Below, one piece after another: positions 12,796 to 24,089 of a stretch of DNA of 64,000 bases (the stretch's first letter is position 1; each line of letters begins with the position of its first letter). Made by a program: the position numbers and the translations under genes. Source of the stretch: Marsupella aquatica. Taxonomy: Eukaryota > Plantae > Marchantiophyta. Below the pieces are notes generated by a model. The model searched no databases. It worked only from the letters and a program-made list of their open reading frames with translations, and was not told the DNA's origin. Location of the stretch: NCBI GenBank assembly GCA_973895155.1, contig OZ316893.1:6348963-6412962 (forward strand), in the 5' to 3' direction.

Positions 12796-13341
12796 TCGAA
12801 AAACTAGTGCAAATTGACAAGAAACTCAGAAAATCAGTAAAATCTAACAAATCTTCTCAAAATAATGACCAAGAGTCATGAATAAACGAGCCTATTTATA
12901 GTTTTTCACGGATTGTTGTGACTTTTTAACTTCAAAAATATCAAATATTCATGAAATTTGCAAGCTTTTTCACGTTAATATCCCAAAATATTCATGAATA
13001 ATTAGCCCGAAAACATTGATTTATCATGATTCGGGGTTAATTTTACTAAGTCGCGCCTGATCCGTGATTAGTATGTATAACCAAGGAACACGGGGCAGCC
13101 CATTCATTTTCACTCAATGTCATTTGGATTTCCTTTGTAAAAGAGTGAAAAACAATCTCGTTGTCCAATTTCGTGCCATTTTCAGCACTCATCGGCGACG
13201 TGTCGCGAGTTGTCGCGGTCGCACTTCATTTCGACCCTGTTTTAGGTAGTAATTTAGGCCCTGGGTGATTTCTTCACGTCACCCCCCCCCCTCCGAACCC
13301 TATTTTAAATAGCCTTCTGCATCACCGAGGTGTACAAGAAA

Positions 13342-13413
13342 AGAGAGAGGAGACTCCCTTCATGAATTCATGAAGGTCGGAGCGAGAGGGAGACTCCCTT
13401 CATGAATTCATGA
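13342..13413. promoter_or_regulatory. Direct duplication carrying the palindrome CCTTCATGAATTCATGAAGG in the divergent intergenic region between the transposase and gene B
   Basis: Two copies of GAGACTCCCTTCATGAATTCATGA 40 bp apart. A regulatory role is inference only. Confidence 0.4.
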
Positions 13414-13578
13414 TAGGAGTCCTGGGGTGGTCGAGAGCGTTGTTAGATCCGTAAGGACACGGCTTTAGTAGCCATTTATTGGCACATTCCTTGGTTCTGT
13501 GGCACTTTGTCTCGCAGGTTGGGGTTGAAGTGGACTGATTTTGTGGTATGTTCTCAGGTTTGAAGATCAGGCAAAAAC

Positions 13579-16500
13579 ATGACAATGTCGCAAGAAGAGC
13601 TGGTGGATGACATCTTTTCGCGCCATCCTTTGACGGACTTCCACAACTCATCCTGGACAATTTCCTTAGGGACGGAAACATGGAAGAAGCCCTTCCTAAT
13701 GCTGTGTGTATTTGAGGGGCTTCCATCGGGGGCATTAGGGTGGGTAAATTACGGCCGCATCGATGTATTTCGACGGGGCGACGAAGTTGTGAACATGTTG
13801 ATCACAACGAAGGAAACATCAACTTTGATTGTCGTGGATGTGGAGAGGTTTTCTGGAACGGCTGCCACCTGCTATCTCGATGAGGACATCGATAGCATCA
13901 TTGAGACTGTCAAGTCTCTTTTGAGTGAGGAACGTTACCACGACGTCGCGGGAAAGATTTCCAGTTTTGTGTTCGAATTTCACGCTAGCACTTTAAAGAG
14001 TGCAATCCAAAAATCAAGAGAGATTCTCCGGAAAAGGTCGGCAGAGAAGGGGGTAAGTCGTACACCCAAATCTGGGGCTTCCGGTGTTCCTTCTGGATCC
14101 AGGCCTAGCATTTTACCCAATGATATTTTGACCGTGGTAGCGCCTACAACCTCCCGGGAAGCAGCAGCATCTGGAGGGGGATCTCAAGTTGGCAGATCAT
14201 CCCAGGGAACGGCTTTGACTGGTGGGTCGGCACAAGGTACGACTGGAACTCGCATTTCTTCAAAGAAGCGACCTGCTATGACTCCTGAGCCTACCGAGCC
14301 CAGTGCTACAAAGTCAAAAAAGAAGACTTTGGAGAAAATTCCAACGCATTTGGAGCAAAAGGCTCAATCAATGTCAATGGATGCACGGGTATTGTACCAG
14401 GAGGAGATTCTGGGAAGATGTGGTGTTCAAGAGGAGACCGTGACCGTTGACATTGGTCAACTTTACCCTCCAGTGAGAGAGAAGGCTGTGGGCTTGCCCA
14501 TTTACCAGGTCCGACACATCCAACCATATTTCTTGACCCAATTGACCTTGCGGATGAAGACTGTAGGTGCCAGTCCACTTGCAGCTCCGTTTGTCCTCTT
14601 GGTGGATCCAAAGGAGTGTGCTACTAGGCAAGACTTTGATTTTTCAAGGAAAGCTGATTACCATTATTATGTGATTGGGGGCAACCATTCAGCCTGTGCC
14701 AAAGCAGACCTTGCTCTTCAGTTCCCTAACAACAAGGCATTTCGGAGAGTGCAATCTTGGATATTTGCGGGATTGAGTGTGCAAGAGGCAAGAAACCTGG
14801 CGTGGAGTCACAATATTGATTCTGAATTTCGACAACAGATGACGACAATCCAGAGAGTAAATTATATTCACATGAGATTTGTTGAGAATGGATTGTCGTC
14901 CAACCAGGATTTCAAGAAAGAGTGTGCTACTGAAATCAATCTCAAGGATTGGGGTGTACGAAAGGATGCTGAGGTTCTTAATGCCAATGATAACCTATTT
15001 CAGTTGGCATTCCGACAAGATCCTGTGTGGTCATTTGTGAGGCAGATTTGTGACAAGTGGGAGATGTGTGAGATCAAAGGTCAAAAAGGAGACAAGGGCA
15101 AGAAGAAAGTCTTTAAGTCTGGAGATGCCAAATTGCCTTATGAGGACATGAAATTAACAGAGTGGAGACACATGCAGGCCTTGAAAGATCCTGATATGAT
15201 TTGCCCAGTGTTACAGAGAGTTCTTACTAAAGAACTCTCTTTACAAGAAATGGGTCACGAATTTACTCGACACAAATTTCAGATGCAGGTGCAGAAGGCC
15301 TTCCTCACATGTCTACACGAGGAGAGTTGGTCAGGTTGTAAAACCAAGTACCCTGAGCATTGCACAGACAATGTGCTTAAGAATTTTGTACCTATTTTCC
15401 AGACATGGGTAAGATTCTGTCACCTTTCTTCGAATGATTGTTTGAATTCATTTAATATTTGGAATCCTTGTTTCTAATTCTACAGTTCCTTTTTGTAGAA
15501 AGATACCACCTCCCGGAAAAAGAAGGGAGATGAGGAAGGCAAAGATCTCAAGTCATTCCCGGAAAAATTCAATGCGCATATTGTGCAAGCCCAAAATTGG
15601 CTATCCATGAAGACTTCTAGTCGGCAAACCCAAGAGGGGGAACTTCATCCAAATTCGTTTGAGCATCCAGAGTTTGGTGATGTGCACTATGATATTTTTA
15701 CTCATGATGCTCAGCAATTACATGAGGTGGTTCCGGGTCAGGCTTACACATTAGCTTTAGTGGATATTCCCTACGGGTTTGCATTGCCTGGATGTCTTCA
15801 TGAAGACACTATTGGATGGGGAACTGAGGAGATCACAAAAATGGTCCAATCGTTCAAGGTGGCTACTACTGCAAAGTTGTGGCGTATTATCATTCACCAC
15901 AGCCTTGACCAATATGAGGCCATCAAGACCGTTTTGAAAGCGGAGTGTAATGGAGGGTTCCAGAATTGTGTGTGGTAAGAAATATTTGTTTTTGAAAAAA
16001 ACAACTATTAGTTATTCATGATTTCATGAACCATGTTTCTCAGTTTAAATAACTCCTTGACTTTTTGTGACTTTTCAGGGTTAAGGATAATGTGAAGAAT
16101 GCTGGTGGACCAAGATTGAACAACAACTTTGAGTGCTTTACAATTGGCTTTCACAGCCAGGATGGTAAACGGTCATTGGAGCACTTCAATTTTGACACAA
16201 ATGAATCAAGGAACAATGTGGTTGTATGCGCAATTGTGACTAAGAAGCTGAAACACAACGGGGATAACAAGGCAGTGAATGTTTATCAGAAACCACGTGC
16301 ATTGTTAGATTGGGAAGTGAGTCATTTTAGTCAGGTTGGAGACTGGGTTTTGGATATTTGTTCATGATCAGGGACTGGGACAACCTCCTCCTTGGCCATG
16401 GGGAGACATTGCGTTGCCATTGAGATTGACGAGCGACAGAGCAGTGTGTTGAAAGGGAGGATTCTTAACCTTGCAGATAACATTGAAGAGGAAGACGGAC

Positions 16501-16640
16501 AGGGGGAGATGGATGAGGAGAGTGAGGAAGACATTCCTCAGGCCGGAGAGGATAGCGTGGTTGACGATGCCACAATTGTTCCAGAATTGACGACAGGGAC
16601 TTCCGGAACCGAGGAAGGGGAAGCGGTCCCTTTGGATTAG
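13579..16640 (+). pseudogene. Gene B: three-exon fusion of ParB/Srx-like domain and beta-class N6A/N4C DNA methyltransferase (~955 codons), with a single TGA in the SAM-binding loop
   Basis: Exons 13579-15408, 15499-15974 and 16079-16640, all in frame through canonical GTAAG..AG introns. ParB-like YYVIGGNHSACA; motif IV LALVDIPYG; VWVK..FE; YQKPRALL..FSQVGDWVLDICS*SGTGTT..GRHCVAIEID. Motif IV before motif I is the beta order. Confidence 0.88.
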
Positions 16641-17320
16641 ACTAGATAAATAGAGGGACTCGTAGCATTTGAAACCACTTGGGCTTAAGTTGGGTTATAT
16701 TTTGTAAAACTTTGAGTTTGACTTAAACTCTGATCGATGAGTTTGATTTTGATTACTTTTATAAAGTGCATATTTCAAGGTTTATACAATTGTGAGAATA
16801 TCATATAAGATATGCTTAGATTTTGGTGGTAAAATTCTCTTGAGTCTAGTTTGGAAAATACATACCATTTTTTGGTGGTTTTTTGGTATACATTTTTTAA
16901 TATCATGAAGATTTTGAAAAGAGAAATAAGGCTTTGGACTCATCCCTTAAGGCTTCTTGTTTCCATTGAGAAACTTTGGAATTTATAAAGAACCGCCAAA
17001 CATCCAGTTTTAACCTCTCCTCTTTTATTTTAGATATATGCAAGAAAATTTGTTCCTTCTACACTATTGAAGCATCTAGTTAACCAGCTTACATATAGCT
17101 ACCCTTCAACACTATATTTTAGTCATTTGGTTGACTAGTAAAATGATAGCATAAAGTCAAGTGAGTTTGGGGTTCAAGAATCATTTCCAATACAGGTAAC
17201 TCTCAATTAATTGCTCCATTGAAAAATATTCCATTGATATTTGCAAATTTTGAAATCATATAACTAAGTTACCTAGTGTTGTCTGATTTTGTTGAATTGA
17301 GAAGATCCTAGTGAAACTCA

Positions 17321-19024
17321 GGATAGGGATCATCCCTATCCACCATTTGGATAAGGATTTTATTGTCTAGAGATCAAGTCTACTTAAATACTTGCATTGT
17401 CCTTGTCAGCTGTTTGGATAGGGATCATCCCTATCCACCATTTGGACAGGGATTTTATTGTCTAGAGATCAAGTCTACTTAAATACTTGGATTATCCTTG
17501 TCAAGTGTTTGGATAGGGATCATCCCTATCCACCATTTGGACAGGGATCTTACTATCTTTAGATCAAGTTCACATACTTGGATTGTCCATGTCTGCTGTT
17601 TGGATAGACATGATCCCTATCCTCCACTTGGACAAGGATGATCCCTATCTGCCTTTTGGACAGGGATCATCTCTATCCGCCATTTGGGCAGGGATCATCC
17701 ATATCCGCTATTTGGACAAGGATCATTCCTATCAACCATTTGGACAGGGATCATTCCTATCAACCATTTGGACAGGGATCATCTCTATCCGCCATTTGGA
17801 CAGGGATCAGCCCTATCCACCATTTGGACAGGGATCATCAATATCAGCCATTTGGACAGGGATCATCCCTATCAACCATTTGGACAGGGATCATCTCTAT
17901 CCACCATTTGGACAGGGATCAGCCCTATCCGCCGTTTGGACAGGGATCATCAATATCCGCCATTTGGACAAGGATCATCCCTATCAACCATTTGGACAGG
18001 GATCCTCTCTATCCGCCATTTGGACAGGGATCAGCCCTATCCGCAGTTTGGATAGGGATCATCAATATCAGCCATTTGGACAGGGATCATCCCTATCAAC
18101 CATTTGGACAGGGATCATCTCTATCCGCCATTTGGACAGGGATCAGCCCTATCCGCCGTTTGGACAGGGATCATCAATATCAGCCATTTGGACAGGGATC
18201 ATCCCTATCAACCATTTGGATAGGGATCATCTCTATCCGCCATTTGGACAGGGATCAGCCCTATCCGTCGTTTGGACAGGGATCATCTCTTTCAGCCATT
18301 TAGACAGGGATCATCTATATCCACCTTTTTGGACAGGGATCATATGACCCTGGCTATCCATCATGTAGACAGGGATCATCCTTGTCCGCAATTTGGACAG
18401 GATCATCCCTATCTGTCTTTTGGACTCTATCATCTCTATTCGCCTTTTGGACAGGGATCATCTTCATTCGCCGTTTGGACAGGGATCATCCCTATCCGCC
18501 GTTTGGGCAGCGATCATCCATATCAGCTATTTGGACAGGGATCATCCCTATCAACCATTTGGACGGGGATCATCTCTATCCGCCATTTGGTCAGGGATCA
18601 TCCCTATCTATCGTTTGGATTGGGATCATCTATATTAGCCATTTGGACAGGGATCATTTCTATCCACATTTTTGGACAGGGATCATATAACCCTATCCAT
18701 CATGTAGACAGGGATTGACCCTGTCCACAATTTGGACAGGATCAACCCTATCTATCTTTTGGACTCTTTCATCTCTATCCGCCTTTTGGACAGGGATCAT
18801 CTTCATCCGCCATTTGGATAGGGTTTATCCCTATCCAATATTTAGACACTCACGGATCATCCCTATTAACCGTTTTGGACAACGATCATCCGTATCCGCC
18901 TTTTGGACACGGATCATCCCTATGCATTTTCACGACAAGGATCACCCTATCCAGCATTTGGGCAGGGATCATCCCTATCCGGTGTTTGGACAAGGATCAC
19001 CCTATCCTCCATTTGGACAGGGAC
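17321..19024. repeat. Array 3: satellite built on the GGAYAGGGATCATCCCTATCC palindrome; ~89-bp units, then 28-bp units with a 4x28 (112-bp) higher-order repeat, decaying rightwards
   Basis: TTTGGACAGGGATCA recurs every 28 bp from ~17750 to 18300, with cycling variants TCCC/TCTC/GCCC/TCAA. Confidence 0.95.
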
Positions 19025-19177
19025 ATGTGACATATGACAAAGATGCATGCTGATCACCAAGAACTAACATAGCAGACACTCGGTCCAATGGATTAATTGC
19101 CTTCTTGCCATTGTGAGGTGGGTCTTGGTCTCCAAAACCATATAGATCTCCATTTGGAAGTATGGACACTGAGTATT
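19025..19177. repeat. 153-bp direct duplicate of 20500-20652 (internal transposase segment)
   Basis: ATGTGACATATGACAAAG...ACACTGAGTATT is present at both positions. Confidence 0.9.
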
Positions 19178-22100
19178 CTCCTTATTAGTAGTGTAATAGG
19201 TCTTCTGGGCTATCCTAGTTAGCCTATCCTTTGACATGAAAGGATTGCAGCACAATTGACTCACAAGAGTGGACTTGTAGATAGTCCTTCCCTCATAAGT
19301 TACAGTAGACATTACTGACCAGGGTGTCTACACATCAATTAAGTCTGCTTGAACTCCAGCCAAGACATGCCTTACTTCATGTCCTAGTGTTTCCATCTCA
19401 CAAAATGGGTTAGTATCCACCTCAATCAAACAATCATCAACTGTTAGTGGCTCAATACAATCCTGACTGTCCAGAGTGTCCCATGAATCAATCTGATTGA
19501 GATCTTCTTCAGGATCTTCAAACTCTAGAAACTCTCCAATTGGGGGCTCAGGTCTAGGGCCTACAGTAGATCGATGCTCAACTGTGTCTTCAGCATCATC
19601 ACATAACACAGCCTCTTTCATGACACTTGTATCCGGCCAAGTCTCTGCCTCCACCTCCCAAGGATGAACCCACCATTGTCTTTTCGCTGCTGGCAAAGAA
19701 CTCCTTGGTGACATGTTCAGCTTGCACAACAAATCCTTTGCTTCCTGCAAACCTTCCTTTAGAGCATCAACAACCAGCTCATTAGTCAGAACTGCAGAGT
19801 AATCAAATAAATTTGGAGCTTGTTCTCCTTCATCCAAAGGATGTAAAGTTGCCCAAACATGATCCTGTTTATCATGTGATCGACGTATCTTCAATCCCTC
19901 TGGTCCATACTCTAATCCAGCTAGTCGATTCAGTCCCACTGCATTGTCCAGTAGAGATCCAAAGTCATAATTTCTCTCATGGCCACTCATGCCACCTACC
20001 TTGCTGAAAAATATCTCCCAACAATCTGATCCCAGCAAGTGAAATGGAACTTACAGATATGGGAACTTGTCCCAAAAGGCACAGACTAACAATACTACAA
20101 AATGGCAAGACATGTTGATACCATGGAAAGCCTGCACAGAAATCATGTTCTTCTCTGTGATAGATCCAGCATTCCCTGTCATAGAATGATCACCATACCT
20201 CAACCATAGCCTCCACAATCGGAAGAACCAAGATACCTTTGATGCCAAGACAACACGGGTTCTTAGGTCATGCTTAACAGAGAAGAAAATATCTATGTAG
20301 TCTACACAAACTTCCAAGTATATCATGGTCCCAAAGCTTCTGTCATGACGAACATCTCGTCGCTCATACATATGCTGTAGGCAGGCCTGCACTCTCCTAG
20401 AAGCTATTTGTTGTGGGCCAGCCCAGTTTTGTCTATCTGTCCTATTCACATCATCCCAATGCAAACCATGCTCGTGAATTGCATAATGGTTATAAACAGA
20501 TGTGACATATGACAAAGATGCATGCTGATCACCAAGAACTAACATAGCAGACACTCGGTCCAATGGATTAATTGCCTTCTTGCCATTGTGAGGTGGGTCT
20601 TGGTCTCCAAAACCATATAGATCTCCATTTGGAAGTATGGACACTGAGTATTGCCACCCAACCCATCCCACACTGTACCTAGGAAAGGAACCATTCACAG
20701 CAGTATAATCTTCCATCATCAATTTCCTGCGACAAGCATCACCATCACTAGCATGGCCCAACAAAGGACCAACACTGTCTCTGCAATGTCTCGGGGGGTC
20801 ACTATATGAAGGGTCATACATCACGTGCGACGGTTTGGGTCATTTATGACCCCCCTAAGTCACTTTCTAGAAAGTTGTACGGCACCAATCATGTGATGAC
20901 ACGTATGCATTTTGCAATTAAACAACCCTATATTAATTTCCATAGAAGACTTAATAAGTCTTCCGCCAAAACCATTTAAATGGCCCTATACTTCGTCGCA
21001 CATGATATGCCACTTCCATGGAAGTGACCCCTCCGAGTGCAATGTGTGTCCCACATAGACTTTAGCTGCACCCAATGCTCTCTTACCCAGGTAGCTTTAA
21101 ACTTGTTACATGTTGGTAGAACACACAATGCCAATTTAGGCATCTTTGCATGCAAAGGATTGACAATGATTACTCTAGCATACATGCCTTTGGCATACTA
21201 CTCAAAAGTACTTACAATCTTGTCATACCCTTCAGTACCTGCTCCAACCAGTACTTCCAAGCCAAAAGAACATGTGTGCTCTTCTAAGGGGCCACAAAAA
21301 CCAATGAGGGTGTCATATTTAGCTTCCCATCTGTCACACACAATACAATACCGACATTAGCTCATGACTTGCAAGATCACCCAACACATTCAAAAGAAGA
21401 AGCTAATTTACGGCAGAGACAAAAACACAAACCTAGGTCTCTCTTTTATCCTTGTTTCATCTGCAAACATTAATGGTACATCTCCTGAAATTCCAAGTGA
21501 CTGCTTTGATGCACATAGTGCTCTACACACCTCCTGGAATATCTCTTTGCGAATGCCAGGTCTAAAGGGTGGTAGTTTTGCTCTGTCACGTTTCAAGGTC
21601 TTCATACCTGGACCACCTAGGTTTGCCTGGAAACAATGGGCCACTTGTCTACCTCCAAACTGGAACATGGCTTGGGAAAAGGCCTTGGTTCTCTTACTAT
21701 AACAATAACCCTTAGCAATTCTCTGCAAGTTCTTGGCTACATCTGTCAAGAAATCCCACAACCCTTCCTTGCCACCAAAAGCACCACACCTATGTCCATT
21801 CACTATATTCCTCAAAAACAGTCTTAAATCTTTCCTATCATGGGCTACTCCTAATAAATCTTCTAGCTTCTTTCGCCTAACCGGGCGCCTAACACTCAGG
21901 GCACAAATTTTCTGAGCCTGTTGTGCCAACAGCCAACGTTGTTTCCTAAAGCGAGTGGTGAGGTTACCAACATGTTCCCTCAATTCGGTTTTGGTCAAGT
22001 ATGCCAACCTCATCCCACCATGTGTAGTTCTTTCTCCTCTATGCACTAAAGCTTCCGCTTCCCTGTGCACCCTGCCACGAAAATCATCTTCACGTTTTAT

Positions 22101-23537
22101 AGAATCACATAGAGTGCAAGTGAGGTTCTGAAAACCACCTCCATTAATGGACACCCTGTGACATTGCTTGTGCCTAAAACAACCTTGTATATGTACAACT
22201 GACTGGCTAGTTACATTGAAAACCTCAGCATAGGCTGTACGATCACAGTCCCAGACATTTCCTCCCTCCTGATCATCAAGTATGCCCTTCACAGCCATAG
22301 AATCCCCTGTCTACTTGACCTCTGACTCCCACATGCCCCAACAAAGCAAACTGAGACTTGGCTCAATAGAGGAATACCCACCTCTGCCTGAACTGCTCCC
22401 TGCAGCAGAGCTGTCTTCTCTAAAGAAATTCAAAATAGAATTTTGAGATGGAAACAGATCACGAGCATCAGGCTTCCTTGGTCTCCCCTTCTTCCCTGCC
22501 CTCGGTGCAGCCTGGGTACTGGTCACAACGCTCTCAAGTGCATCCATATGATCCCGACTCACCAGGTGTTATCTTAAATTGTGTTCCAAATTGGATTTCT
22601 TAGGGCACATGTCAGTATGTAGCTTGCCACAGACTGTACATCTGACCTTAAACAAGAATGACCTTTGTGAAAATGTTGGATCAGTGGGAGATGGTGTGAT
22701 AGTAAACACTTCTACCATCCCACCTACCTCTGCATTCAACTTTCCCACTATTTCCACCCCAGCCCCTATTTGCATACTATGATCAAACAATGGCTGCTGT
22801 ATAGTGTCAGTAGCTATCACCAGAACTCCAGGTAAACCCCTTCGCTTACACCAATTCTCCTTGTGTTTAGGGTTGGTCAGGTGCTTTGTCTTGAAATTGC
22901 TAAAGCAGTTGGCAATGGACTTGAGGACCTGCATGTGAATTGGCTGCATTCCCATAAGTCTCCCTACACTCTAAGCACTCTAGATGCCCTCGACACTCCC
23001 CTCCCTCATCCCACGCCCGCACTCTCCACTTGTGGTCACCGAAGCCCTTCTGGTTTACCCAGGATCGTAACTTCAACCACTCATCATTCCAGGTCTTTGA
23101 TGCAACCTCAGACATGAGGTGAGACTCAAAGGAGCCTGTCACAGGCTGTACAGTAGCCTGTACTGGCACCCCTTGAGTTTGTCCTTGAGACAATGGAGGC
23201 ATACCTGCCACATTGGACACAGTGGCAGCAGATGAATGAGAGGAACCAATAGTGACCCTCTCAGGAGGCAAGGCAAGTGAGGGTAACTGTGCAATCACAT
23301 AAACTGTCCCTTGAAGTTCAGTCACCCCAACCGTCTGAAAAGCGACGAACTCGACCACTCAGGCAACCTCTCATCCCAAAAATCAAAGTCAAACTCTACT
23401 GCACCAACACATTTGGTACGGAAGTCTGCCAAAGTCTGCCCTTCTTTGAAGGACATGACACAGATTGGCGTATCAGGCTTTCCTCCCTCCTCACCCTTTT
23501 CTACCAATCTGACAGAGCTCATGCCTAGGTTTGCCAT
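19178..23537 (-). pseudogene. P-element/THAP9-superfamily-like transposase with N-terminal C2H2-like zinc fingers; many stops, frameshifts and a MITE insertion
   Basis: RNase H-like motifs LMFADETRI, GHASDGD, DQDPPHNGKKAIN (DxxHxxKxxxN), DRQN and LGSDCWEIFFSKVGGM (resembles QDxxExFFSxIR). Zinc finger CTVCGK...NLR*HLVSRDH. Intron ~21433-21332. Removing the MITE restores frame (WDTHCRDSVG). Confidence 0.7.
20790..21037. mobile_element. MITE copy 2 (248 bp), 8-bp TSD TGCAATGT
   Basis: TSD at 20782-20789 and 21038-21045. Reverse complement of 12375-12619 apart from a few differences. Confidence 0.95.
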
Positions 23538-23728
23538 GATGGACAGTTATACAGGCTGTGAAAGTGAGGGACAGGGATCAGGTAGATGAACCTGTCATAC
23601 AATAATGGACAGAGATGGAAAAGGATCAGGACTCGTTTCAACCATTCACAACTAGCATAATTCACTCAACTCTAAACTCAATCCATTGCAATGAATAAAA
23701 CACTTCAGTGAGTCCACTTTGTTACAGT

Positions 23729-23840
23729 CCATTTTCATTTAACCAAGTACTTAAGTCCATTTCATTCAACCAAATACTTAAGTCCACATCATTCAACCAA
23801 GTACTTAAGTCCATAGCATTCAACCAAATACTTAAGTTCA
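23729..23840. repeat. ~4 copies of a 27-bp tandem repeat (CATTCAACCAARTACTTAAGTCCA core)
   Basis: Visible directly in the sequence. Confidence 0.8.
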
Positions 23841-24089
23841 TATAATTTAGGTTGCCTTATGGGTCCACTCCAAAAAAGGCGAAAGTTATAAGATGTGTCT
23901 AGTCATGGGTACTAGGGATATCAGAACCCTCTGGAATGACATGGCGATTACAGTAAATCATGCGCCACTGTCCAATGTCCCAGGTGTCTCGGCCCCTCAT
24001 CCCTCTCCTCAAGTGCCTGTCTGCTGTTGGTCCTTCATCACGACACCATGCACGAGGGCATCTACGACATTGGACAAAATCCCAAATGC

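Noticed and set aside
664-16640. Bacterial or phage contamination explaining the ParB-MTase genes
   Set aside because: The genes have frame-preserving spliceosomal introns and share a MITE family with neighbouring eukaryotic transposon sequence.
4357-19024. The three palindromic arrays as CRISPR arrays
   Set aside because: Sequences between palindromes are themselves repeated rather than unique spacers, no cas genes are present, and the context is eukaryotic with introns.
17583-19053. Overlapping repetitive ORFs in all three frames
   Set aside because: They are by-products of the stop-poor 28-bp satellite.
1857-22571. U-to-C RNA editing or an alternative genetic code rescuing the stops
   Set aside because: Such editing is organellar, RBR and the copia use the standard code, and frameshifts plus MITE insertions co-occur.
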